From Gammaproteobacteria bacterium (GTDB lineage Bacteria; Pseudomonadota; Gammaproteobacteria; DSM-16500), in contig VFKI01000155.1 of the NCBI GenBank assembly GCA_009885665.1, forward strand, positions 1 through 31,172: 31,172 nt of DNA. Reading direction: 5' to 3'. Below the pieces are notes generated by a model. The model had not been told where the DNA came from. It did no database searches and worked only from the letters and a program-made list of their open reading frames with translations. Below, piece by piece: positions 20,826 through 29,410 of the stretch. How positions within the stretch are numbered: position 1 is the stretch's first letter; every line of letters begins with the position of its first letter. The position numbers were made by a program, and so were the translations under genes.

Positions 20826-21380
20826 TCACTTCCACTTAATATTACATCCTACCGAGGGTAGTTGTTCGTTGCTCACTGGCTTGCCCGCGATGACGGCATC
20901 TAATGCGGCGCTTAATGCATTTCCGGTCACCGGTTTACCATTGCCAGGCGTTGAGTCATCGAAGCGTCCGCGATAAATGCATTTCAATTGTGCATCAAAC
21001 ACATAAAAATCAGGCGTGCAGGCGGCTTGATACGCTTTAGCCACGGCTTGGCTTTCATCGTATAAATACGGGAATGGATAAGCGAATTTTATCGCTTCAT
21101 CGCGCATTTTGTCTGGCGCATCGGCCGGATGTGTTGCGACATCATTTGCGCTGATGGCGATGAATTGAATGCCATTGTTTTGATAATGTTTAGCGACTTC
21201 AACTAATTTTTGCTGAATATGTTTAACATAAGGGCAATGATTGCATATAAAAATAATGACAGTTGCAATTTTACCGTGCGCATTTTGTAGTGAAATGGTT
21301 TTACCACTGACTGTGTCGGGCAATTGAAATGCAGGCGCGAGCGTGCCGAGCGGTAACATGGTGGAAGGGGTCAGTGACAT
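20826..21380 (-). CDS. Thioredoxin-family (AhpC/TSA-like) protein
   Basis: FICNHCPYV CxxC motif, YPFPYLYDESQAVAKAYQAACTPDF, YRGRFDDS, SVGCNIKW. Confidence 0.87.
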   Translation of the reverse strand: MSLTPSTMLPLGTLAPAFQLPDTVSGKTISLQNAHGKIATVIIFICNHCPYVKHIQQKLVEVAKHYQNNGIQFIAISANDVATHPADAPDKMRDEAIKFAYPFPYLYDESQAVAKAYQAACTPDFYVFDAQLKCIYRGRFDDSTPGNGKPVTGNALSAALDAVIAGKPVSNEQLPSVGCNIKWK

Positions 21381-21404
21381 AGTGAAAACCTCTTTGTATT
21401 GTTT

Positions 21405-21423
21405 GTAGAATCAGGTATTCTAC
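21405..21423. promoter_or_regulatory. Inverted repeat, candidate operator between divergent thioredoxin-like gene and fadL
   Basis: GTAGAAT-CAGGT-ATTCTAC, perfect 7-5-7 palindrome. Confidence 0.35.
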
Positions 21424-21482
21424 TTGGATTATAGTGGGTATGACAATTTTTTATAGTTAAAATAAGAGAGGATCTAAATAGT

Positions 21483-22868
21483 ATGAAGGGTAATCGGAAA
21501 ATGAATCAAGCTAAAACACTTTGTAAGTTTTTGTCTGTTGCAAGTTTGTTGTCTGCAGCAGGATTATTGATGACAATCAGCAGCACGGCAAATGCATCTG
21601 GTTTTCAGTTGTGGGAACAAGATGGCGCCAGCATCGGTAATTATCACGCAGGTCGCGCAGCGATTGCTGAAGATGCCAGCACTTCTTTTTATAACCCAGC
21701 CGGTTTGGTGCGCATCCATAATCAACAATTGGTGATTGGACTGGATCCGATTATGACAAATTTTAAATATACCGGCACGGTTAACGTCACAAATAATGGC
21801 ATTCTATCAACCGGGCCACAAACAACAACGGCACAAGGCGGTAATTTTGCTTTAGTGCCTGATTTGCATTATGCCGCACCTATTAGCAATCGCGTGGTGT
21901 TTGGTTTCAGTGTTGTGTCACCGTTTGGTTTGCAAACCGATTATGGCCGTGGCGCCTATGCGCGTTATGCGGCAACGATGACAAAATTAACCGTGATTGA
22001 TCTCGCGCCTTCATTAGGTTTTGCGCTAACAGATAAATTATCACTGGGTGTTGGACTTGATTTTGAACGCGCACGCGGTGAATTTGATTTGGTGGCAGGG
22101 ATTCCCTATTTCGGCATAATTCCTGGATCATCGGCGAGTGCTTTTGATACAACGAGCACGAATGTAGGATATAGCTGGGGATATGGTTATCATCTCGGAG
22201 CTTTGTATCAATTTTCAGAACAAACGCGGATTGGGTTAAGCTATCACTCTCATGTTGTCCAACATTTACGTGGCAGCAGTCACTTCAATGGCCGACTGGC
22301 GAATGGTATGGCGGGTGGCGAGCAAACCAGTGGTGCATTAAAGGCGAATCCCATTTTTCCTGCAACGACTGCATTAAGTATTTTTCATACCATCAATTCA
22401 AGCTGGGATGTAATGGGTTCGGTGATTTATACAGAGTGGAGTGTGTTTTCTAATTTAAGATTACAAAACGTCGCAGCGATAAATGGTCAGTTTCATCCTA
22501 TTAATAATCTGGAAGTTAATATCCCAGAACATTATCGTAATACCTGGAATTTGGCTTTAGGGGCTAATTATCATGTGAATACGCAATGGATGCTGCGTAG
22601 CGGTATTGGTTATGATGAAACTCCGGTTAATAACAGCTATCGCAATTTGCAATTACCGGATGGCAACCGCTTTATTATTGGTTTAGGCACGCATTTCCAA
22701 GCGACCAAAAATTTAGGATTTGATGCGGGTTGGGATCATTTCTTTGTACAGCAAACGCGTATTAAACAGTTGTCACAGGATGTGGGTTCACAAAATACTG
22801 TCACTGATGGCAAAGTCAATGCCAGTGCGGATGTGTTTGGTTTCCAAATGACGTGGGATATTGTTTAG
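21483..22868 (+). CDS. fadL: Long-chain fatty acid outer-membrane transporter (FadL/OmpP1)
   Basis: Signal peptide, then ASGFQLWEQ...GRAAIAEDASTSFYNPAG; beta-barrel pattern; YRNTWNLALG, R.GIGYDETPV, LPDGNR. Start 21483 or 21501. Confidence 0.92.
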   Translation: MKGNRKMNQAKTLCKFLSVASLLSAAGLLMTISSTANASGFQLWEQDGASIGNYHAGRAAIAEDASTSFYNPAGLVRIHNQQLVIGLDPIMTNFKYTGTVNVTNNGILSTGPQTTTAQGGNFALVPDLHYAAPISNRVVFGFSVVSPFGLQTDYGRGAYARYAATMTKLTVIDLAPSLGFALTDKLSLGVGLDFERARGEFDLVAGIPYFGIIPGSSASAFDTTSTNVGYSWGYGYHLGALYQFSEQTRIGLSYHSHVVQHLRGSSHFNGRLANGMAGGEQTSGALKANPIFPATTALSIFHTINSSWDVMGSVIYTEWSVFSNLRLQNVAAINGQFHPINNLEVNIPEHYRNTWNLALGANYHVNTQWMLRSGIGYDETPVNNSYRNLQLPDGNRFIIGLGTHFQATKNLGFDAGWDHFFVQQTRIKQLSQDVGSQNTVTDGKVNASADVFGFQMTWDIV

Positions 22869-22875
22869 TAAAAAT

Positions 22876-22918
22876 CCCCTCATCCGCCGAATGGTTTTGC
22901 CAGTCGGCGGATGAGGGG
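22876..22918. terminator. Probable bidirectional terminator hairpin
   Basis: Perfect 15-bp stem CCCCTCATCCGCCGA/TCGGCGGATGAGGGG between convergent genes; T-rich tails on both strands. Confidence 0.7.
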
Positions 22919-22926
22919 CTAGCACT

Positions 22927-23328
22927 TTATTTGTTACTAATTTCAACTACAGCATTACCATATGACGTGACTGTATACGCTGGAGATAATGGCGTAACCG
23001 CTACGGTAAATGTGCCAAGGTTAATATCCGCTTCAGCAACCTGTGTACCAGAGCAATCTCTGCTATCATACATGGTTGTTTTGCATATATTGCCTACTGC
23101 GCCAGCGCAAAAAGCGCTTACTAAGACGGCAGGCGTATTTGACGAGCCGCCAGCAGGGGTGTAATTGCTAGGGCCTGAACATACATCGCCTCTGCTTGTA
23201 TGGATCAACACGGAAGAATCTTTATTGCTTTTATTAATGACTTGCAACGAAGCATCCGCCATTGCAGTTGCTGACGCACTCATTACCACCACACTCAAAC
23301 TGGCTAATAATGCTTTCTTCATGAACAT
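22927..23328 (-). CDS. Small secreted hypothetical protein with four cysteines
   Basis: 133 aa from MFMKKALL; Sec signal peptide ending ..TAMA-DA; AGGAG site 9-10 nt upstream. The longer ORF-track start lies inside the repeat. Confidence 0.8.
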   Translation of the reverse strand: MFMKKALLASLSVVVMSASATAMADASLQVINKSNKDSSVLIHTSRGDVCSGPSNYTPAGGSSNTPAVLVSAFCAGAVGNICKTTMYDSRDCSGTQVAEADINLGTFTVAVTPLSPAYTVTSYGNAVVEISNK

Positions 23329-23365
23329 AAAAATTAACTCCTGATAAAAAATGTAGAAAAATATA

Positions 23366-23505
23366 GTATCTATTACAAAAGATAGGGTAGAGGAACTGAG
23401 TGCGCAGCACACTGCATTGACAAGCGTCAGAGGGGGAGAATAGCGCTCTCCCCCTCTGACAACTCCCCCATCGCTACCCATTACCCTAATTTATGTAGGA
23501 GATAC
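23366..23505 (+). mobile_element. Full-length family A MITE-like element, 140 bp
   Basis: Imperfect TIRs GTATCTATTACAAAAGATAGGGTA / GTATCTCCTACATAAATTAGGGTA (reverse complement of right end). Perfect 8-bp flanking duplication AAAATATA (23358-23365, 23506-23513). Perfect 14-bp central stem GTCAGAGGGGGAGA/TCTCCCCCTCTGAC. Confidence 0.9.
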
Positions 23506-23510
23506 AAAAT

Positions 23511-23541
23511 ATAAATTAAAGCCGGCCTACTATAAGCCGAC
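23511..23541 (-). terminator. Candidate intrinsic terminator of the RND operon
   Basis: Minus strand GTCGGCTT-ATAGT-AGGCCGGC (8-bp stem with G-U pairs) followed by TTTAATTTAT. Confidence 0.45.
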
Positions 23542-23570
23542 GTTATTTAAAAAACAAAGAAAAAATGAAT

Positions 23571-23598
23571 TGTTAACATAAATATTTTTATTGACAAA
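23571..23598 (-). other. dif-like (XerC/XerD) 28-mer
   Basis: TTTGTCAATAA-AAATAT-TTATGTTAACA versus E. coli dif GGTGCGCATAA-TGTATA-TTATGTTAAAT: XerD arm 9/11, XerC arm 6/11, inner ATAA/TTAT correctly spaced. Confidence 0.3.
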
Positions 23599-23622
23599 AT
23601 AGAAAATAATCAAGTTTTCACT

Positions 23623-26600
23623 TCATGTGTTTTTTATAAGCCTTTCGCGTCCCAATAGCGTATACATAGTCGGCACCACAAATAAAGTGAAGCAGGTGCC
23701 GACCAACATACCGCAAGCAATCACGATGCCGATCGAGAAGCGGCTGGCCGCACCTGCGCCTGATGCCATGATCAATGGCAAGACGCCGAGCACCATGGCA
23801 GCTGTCGTCATTAATATGGGTCTTAAACGCAGTGACGCGGCTTTTACAATCGCTTCAGTACGTTGCAAGCCTTCATGTAATTGCAATTTATTGGCAAAAT
23901 CGACCATCAAAATACCATGCTTACTGATGAGGCCAATCAAGGTAATTAAGCCAATGCCACTGTAAATATTTAAAGTGGCCGCGCCTAAAAATAATGGCGC
24001 CAAAGCGCCCACCATGGATAATGGCACGCTAATCAAAATAATAAGCGGATCAACAAAACTTTCAAATTGCGCAGATAACACAAGATAAATGATCAATAAA
24101 GCAAAGAAAAAGGTATACAGTAAACTATTCCCTTCTTGCGTCACTTGACGTGATTGCCCAGCAAAATCATAAGAAACCCCTTCCGGCAGCATCTGCTGCG
24201 CAATATGTGTCAAATCAGTCAAAGCCTTATTTAATGACACGATGGCAAATCCTTGCAACATGACCGAGTTCAATTGCTGAAATTGCGTTAATTGATTAGG
24301 TTGCGTATCAATATGCAATTTCACCAAGCCCGCCAAGGGAATCAAGGTGCCGCTTACCGTTGGCACATAATACCCCTTTATTTTATTGGGATTTAAACGC
24401 AAAAGATCAGGGACTTGTGGAATAACTTGATAGCTTTGCCCTTCGCGAGAAAATAAATTGATATAATTGCCACCCAATAAAGTGGCAAGCGAGGTGCCGA
24501 TCGTTTGCATCGTCACACCCATCGTCGCGGCTAAATTACGATCAATATCGACTTGTAACTCAGGTTTATTGTATTTTAAATCCGTATCCAGAAAAGCAAA
24601 ATCATGCGTTTGCATGGCCGCCGCTTTTATTTTTTCCGCTAATTGATACAAAATGCGATAATCATATGTCGAGGTTAAAATAAATTCTACCGGCAAATCA
24701 TTGCTTTTGCCGGGAATAGAGGGTAGGGGGAATGCCACGGCCGATAAGCCGGGAATGGCGCCGAGCTTAGGTTGCAACGCGCGTAAAATTTCATTTTGCC
24801 CTTTCTTGCGCGCATCCCAGGGTTTTAAAATAATCCCTGAAAACGCTGAATTAGTTTGATTAACAATGAAATAGGCTAATTTTTCAGGAAAACTATCGTA
24901 AATTTTATTTAACATATGCGTATAACGCTGCGTATAAGCGGAATTAGCATATTGCGGCGCATTCAAGAGCGTGAAGATGACACTTTGATCTTCCGTCGGT
25001 GCCAACTCCGCCGTGCTTAATTTAGCAAATACCAAACAAAACACGAATACCACCGCGGCAAATATACTCATCGCTCGTCGGTGTTGCACCACTTCATGTA
25101 AAGTGCGTTGATATTGGTTTTTTAGTTTTTCAAAGACATGATCAACGCGCGCCGCAAATGATTCATGGCCATTACGCGAATTAGGAACAGTTAATAATTT
25201 AGCACACATCATCGGCGATAAAGTTAACGCAATAACGCCTGAAATAATGACGCAAAAAGTGAGTGTAAAAGCAAATTCACCAAACAACGCACCGGTCACA
25301 CCGCCCATAAAACCAATCGGCGCATAGACTGCCGCCAATGTTGTCGTCATGGCAATAATAGGCGTGGCAATTTCTCGCGCACCCATGATCGCTGCTTGCG
25401 TCGCGGCATGACCTTCTTCCATATGACGGTGAATATTTTCCACCACCACAATGGCATCATCTACGACTAAACCAATGGCCAACACCATGGCTAATAAGGT
25501 TAATAAATTGACGGAAAACCCCATCGCCAGCATGAAAGAGGCAACACCGACCAATGACAGGGGAATCGTGATGATAGGAATACTGACGCTGCGCAATGCA
25601 CCTAAGAATAAAAAAACCACCAAAATAACAATACCGGTTGCTTCAGCAATACTGCGGACAACTTCGTGCAGTGAATTGCGAATATATTCGGTACTGTCAT
25701 AGACAATGTTGCCTTCAAAATCAGGGGGGAAATCACGTTGTAATTTAGGGAAAATGGCGCGCACACCATTGATGACCGTCAACGGATTGGCGGAAGGTGT
25801 GGCTTGAATACCAATGAACACCGCATTTTTACCATTGAAAATTACCGAAGTATCATAATTTTTTGCGCCCAATTCCGCGTGACCAATATCACGGATCCGA
25901 ATCAGTGCATTATTACGTGTCGATACGACAATTTGATTAAAGGCATTCACATCCGCCGTGGTGCTGTGCACATTCAGTGTATACAACACTTCATGGCCAC
26001 GAATTTCACCCGCCGCGGTGAGAAAATTTTGTGATTGCAAGGCACTGACCACTTGGCTACCGTTAATGCCTAACGCCGCCATTTTGAGTGGATCCAGCCA
26101 AATGCGCATCGCATACGTTTGACCACCCAAAATATCAGCGCTGGCAACACCCGCAACGCTTTGCAATTGTGGTTGCATAATACGGGATAAATAATCCGTG
26201 ATTTGTTGCGTCGTCATATGCTGGCTGTTAAAACCCATATACATCAACGCCAGCGTACTGCCAGTGGTTTTTTGGATAATCGGCGCATTACTTTCACGCG
26301 GTAAAAGATAAGAAACCTGTTGCACTTGCGACATGATATCCGTCATCGCCGTACCGGGATCATAATTTAATTTAATAAAAGCTTTAATCGTACTCACACC
26401 TTCCGTGCTGGTCGCAGTGAGATAATCAATGCCTTCTGCCTTCGCAATCGATTGCTGCAAAGGTGCAGTAATAAAACCCTGCATCACATTGGCGCTGGCA
26501 CCGGGATAGGCGGTGGTAATCGTGATGACGGTATTTTTCATGGCGGGAAATTGCCGTAAGGGCAATTGCGTGATGGCGCGTAAGCCAACAAAAAAAATTA

Positions 26601-26685
26601 ATAAACTGATCACGCAAGCTAATACCGGCCGCTGAATAAATAGGTCGGTAAAAAACGTGTATTTAGATTTAGGTGAATCAGTCAT
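23623..26685 (-). CDS. RND efflux transporter permease (AcrB/MexI-like)
   Basis: FIQRPVLACVIS, LRQFP, GLVVDDAIVVVENI, SKHGILMVDFAN, RLRPILMTT; about 1020 aa, 12-TM pattern. Start ATG 26685 overlaps the upstream gene end. Confidence 0.95.
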   Translation of the reverse strand: MTDSPKSKYTFFTDLFIQRPVLACVISLLIFFVGLRAITQLPLRQFPAMKNTVITITTAYPGASANVMQGFITAPLQQSIAKAEGIDYLTATSTEGVSTIKAFIKLNYDPGTAMTDIMSQVQQVSYLLPRESNAPIIQKTTGSTLALMYMGFNSQHMTTQQITDYLSRIMQPQLQSVAGVASADILGGQTYAMRIWLDPLKMAALGINGSQVVSALQSQNFLTAAGEIRGHEVLYTLNVHSTTADVNAFNQIVVSTRNNALIRIRDIGHAELGAKNYDTSVIFNGKNAVFIGIQATPSANPLTVINGVRAIFPKLQRDFPPDFEGNIVYDSTEYIRNSLHEVVRSIAEATGIVILVVFLFLGALRSVSIPIITIPLSLVGVASFMLAMGFSVNLLTLLAMVLAIGLVVDDAIVVVENIHRHMEEGHAATQAAIMGAREIATPIIAMTTTLAAVYAPIGFMGGVTGALFGEFAFTLTFCVIISGVIALTLSPMMCAKLLTVPNSRNGHESFAARVDHVFEKLKNQYQRTLHEVVQHRRAMSIFAAVVFVFCLVFAKLSTAELAPTEDQSVIFTLLNAPQYANSAYTQRYTHMLNKIYDSFPEKLAYFIVNQTNSAFSGIILKPWDARKKGQNEILRALQPKLGAIPGLSAVAFPLPSIPGKSNDLPVEFILTSTYDYRILYQLAEKIKAAAMQTHDFAFLDTDLKYNKPELQVDIDRNLAATMGVTMQTIGTSLATLLGGNYINLFSREGQSYQVIPQVPDLLRLNPNKIKGYYVPTVSGTLIPLAGLVKLHIDTQPNQLTQFQQLNSVMLQGFAIVSLNKALTDLTHIAQQMLPEGVSYDFAGQSRQVTQEGNSLLYTFFFALLIIYLVLSAQFESFVDPLIILISVPLSMVGALAPLFLGAATLNIYSGIGLITLIGLISKHGILMVDFANKLQLHEGLQRTEAIVKAASLRLRPILMTTAAMVLGVLPLIMASGAGAASRFSIGIVIACGMLVGTCFTLFVVPTMYTLLGRERLIKNT

Positions 26686-27778
26686 CGCTATCACTGCCTA
26701 TGGCAACATGCGCATTATTTTGTAATTTTAATTGACCCGATGTGATGACTAAGTCATTCGGCTTAACACCGGTGAGAATGGCAACATGATCACCACGCCG
26801 TTCGCCCACTGTGACATAACGCCTTACCGCAATTTGCCAAGGTGAACCATTCGCTTCTTTCTTTTCCTTATCATTTTCTATGACAAATACTGCATCGCCA
26901 TGCAAAGTATAGTCGATGGATGTTTCCGGCACGATGACGACATGTTGCTGTGCGCGCAACCATACCGTTACCAGCGCAAACATGCCCGGCCGCAATTTTA
27001 AACCTGAATTGGCAATATTCGCTTGTAGCATAATATTATGCGTGGTTTGATCTACGCGTGAATTGATCGCGGTAATTGTGCCATTGACATCGCTAATATC
27101 CGGTAAATTAAACGATAAGCTGACACGTTGACCCATATATAAATTAGGTAATTCTTGTTCGGGTACATTGAATTGTACATAGAGTGGATCTAATGCTTGC
27201 AAGGTGACAATAGCGGTGCCAGGTTGAATGTATTGCCCTAAATTAACCAAGCGTATCCCTAGATAACCGTTAAACGGCGCACGGATGGTTTTTTGCGCAA
27301 TGCTGGCGGTGGCGGATTCAACATCCGCTTCAGCTTCTTGTAATTGCGCAAGATCTGCATCGACAGCAGCGGGCGAAGCCGCATTGCGTTTCAATAAAAT
27401 TGCGTCACGGTTGTAGCTCAATTGCGCCAATTTTAATTGCGCTTGATGATTTTTTAATTGCGCCGCTTCAATTTTCGCATCCAGCAATAGTAATAAATCG
27501 CCGGCATGCACAAATTGACCTGAATTAAAATGGATTTCACTGACTTGCCCCGCCGCTTGGCTGTTGATGTCAACGCCATTAATCGCCGTTAATGTGCCAA
27601 CAGCGCTGAGTTGCGATTGCCACGTGACTATTTTGGCCGGTGTAGCAGAAACAGTAATGGGTGGTGGTGTCATGTGCACTAAACGCCAAATGCGTAGACC
27701 ATCCAACACGACACCTAATATCAATAGACTGACTAAGACAATCCCAATGATCCATAAGGTTTTAATAGTGGGCTTCAC
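26678..27778 (-). CDS. RND periplasmic adaptor (membrane fusion protein)
   Basis: N-terminal anchor, AVGTLTAINGVDI, IRAPFNGYLG, INSRVDQTTHNI, LRPGMF, VITSGQLKL. GTG start with AAGGA site. Confidence 0.92.
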   Translation of the reverse strand: MKPTIKTLWIIGIVLVSLLILGVVLDGLRIWRLVHMTPPPITVSATPAKIVTWQSQLSAVGTLTAINGVDINSQAAGQVSEIHFNSGQFVHAGDLLLLLDAKIEAAQLKNHQAQLKLAQLSYNRDAILLKRNAASPAAVDADLAQLQEAEADVESATASIAQKTIRAPFNGYLGIRLVNLGQYIQPGTAIVTLQALDPLYVQFNVPEQELPNLYMGQRVSLSFNLPDISDVNGTITAINSRVDQTTHNIMLQANIANSGLKLRPGMFALVTVWLRAQQHVVIVPETSIDYTLHGDAVFVIENDKEKKEANGSPWQIAVRRYVTVGERRGDHVAILTGVKPNDLVITSGQLKLQNNAHVAIGSDSDD

Positions 27779-27831
27779 GAACGTATCATCCTTTTAAAAC
27801 GCATTTTTTTCTCGATTTATACAAAAAATAC

Positions 27832-27973
27832 GTATCTATTACAAAAGATAGGGTAGAGGAACTGAGTACGCAGCACACTGCATTGACGAGCGTCATGAGG
27901 GGAGAGCTGCGCTTCTCCCCTCCCGACACCCACCCCATCGCAGCCTTATACCCTAATTTATGTAGGAGAATAC
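27832..27973 (+). mobile_element. Full-length family A MITE-like element, diverged copy
   Basis: Aligns end to end with 23366-23505; 9-bp central stem GAGGGGAGA/TCTCCCCTC; right end GAGAATAC abuts the degP stop. No clear flanking duplication. Confidence 0.9.
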
Positions 27974-29410
27974 TTACAATCCTTCTTTTTTAATCACCAG
28001 GAATAATGCGCCATTGGCACGCAATATATTTAATAATAAATTGCCGCCACTCGTTGCGCTGGCGATTTTACGTAAGTCACTCACAGAATGCACGGCTTGC
28101 ATGGTTTGTTGCTTATCACCAAATGTGCTGCCAAGCGTATTAGCAGGTTGACCGGCGGCAATAATCACATCACCTGGACGTAAATCGGCACGCCATGCGT
28201 CACTATCTTGCTGCACATCAACAACCAATAAACCATCAATATCCCCTTGTAATGGGCTGCTTAAAGTGAAGTTGGGTTTTAGCGCCAGGCCATACAAGAA
28301 AGGATCTTGTTTTTCGCTCAGTTGTTCACGTACTTTGGCATCGGTTAATTTCGTAGTCAGTGTTATTTTTTTACCATCACGTAAAATGCTGACAGTGGCA
28401 GCAGAATCGACACGTGCAAAACCAACGGCATTCACAACATCATTTGCACTGCTAATGGTCGTGTCATTGATAGCGGTAATGATGTCGCCAACTTGCAAAC
28501 CCGCCAATGCAGCAGGTGAATTAGGCATGACTAAAGTGACCACGGCACCCGCGTCATTTTGTAAACCAAACGCACTGGCAAGATCAGGCGTGACATCTTG
28601 CGCACCCACGCCCAACATGCCACGTTTAACATTGCCAAATTTTGTTAATTGCGCTATAACGCTTTGCAATAAATTAGAAGGAATAGCAAAGCCGATGCCG
28701 ATATTGCCACGGTCTGGCGCAAGAATCGCCGTATTAAGTCCAACTAATTCACCCTTAGTATTCACTAAAGCACCCCCCGAATTACCCGGATTAATCGGTG
28801 CACTGATTTGGATGAAATTTTCAAATGTTTCGATACCCAGTGTGCTACGTCCCAGCGCACTGACAATGCCGGATGTAACCGTTTGACTTAAACCATACGG
28901 ATTGCCGATAGCCACGATCGTGTCACCGACTTTTAAATCACTGGAATTGCCCATGGTGATGGCGGTGAGATTTTTTGCATCAATTTTTAATAGGGCAATA
29001 TCAGAAGGGCGATCTAACCCCACAATTTTTGCGATATAGCGATGGCGATTACTGAGGGTAACAATGATTTGTTGTGCATCTTGTACGACATGCGCATTCG
29101 TTAAAATATAGCCTTTTGCCGCATCAACAATGACACCCGAACCAATTGATAATACTTGGTCAGGCACAGCTTGCTGCTGTTGCGTGCTGCCATTATTTGG
29201 TGTTTGCGCTTGTTGTTCTTGTTGTAAACGATTGAGCGTAGCGAGATCAGTAATTTTTAATTGCGCATTAATATTCACCACCACGGGCATCACGTTTTTT
29301 AGCATGGGCGCAAGAGAAGGCGTGCTGGTATTCGTATCGGCATTAGCGAGGGAATACATAAACAATAAACCGCACATCAAGGCTAAAAATTTAGCTGACA
29401 CAGATTTCAT
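27974..29410 (-). CDS. degP: Do-family periplasmic serine protease (DegP/DegQ) with two PDZ domains
   Basis: Signal peptide, catalytic TNAHVV / SDIALL / INPGNSGGAL, GIGFAIP, PDZ motifs GLQVGDII and LRPGDVII. degP versus degQ cannot be separated by eye. Confidence 0.88.
   Translation of the reverse strand: MKSVSAKFLALMCGLLFMYSLANADTNTSTPSLAPMLKNVMPVVVNINAQLKITDLATLNRLQQEQQAQTPNNGSTQQQQAVPDQVLSIGSGVIVDAAKGYILTNAHVVQDAQQIIVTLSNRHRYIAKIVGLDRPSDIALLKIDAKNLTAITMGNSSDLKVGDTIVAIGNPYGLSQTVTSGIVSALGRSTLGIETFENFIQISAPINPGNSGGALVNTKGELVGLNTAILAPDRGNIGIGFAIPSNLLQSVIAQLTKFGNVKRGMLGVGAQDVTPDLASAFGLQNDAGAVVTLVMPNSPAALAGLQVGDIITAINDTTISSANDVVNAVGFARVDSAATVSILRDGKKITLTTKLTDAKVREQLSEKQDPFLYGLALKPNFTLSSPLQGDIDGLLVVDVQQDSDAWRADLRPGDVIIAAGQPANTLGSTFGDKQQTMQAVHSVSDLRKIASATSGGNLLLNILRANGALFLVIKKEGL

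Noticed and set aside
23329-23481. 51-codon N-terminal extension (MGSDGGVVRGG...) of the secreted orphan in the ORF track
   Set aside because: It reads through the MITE, has no good ribosome-binding site and would bury the signal peptide. ATG 23328 has AGGAG at normal spacing.
23623-27778. RND pair lacking an outer-membrane factor gene
   Set aside because: Ordinary: TolC-type channels are commonly encoded elsewhere.
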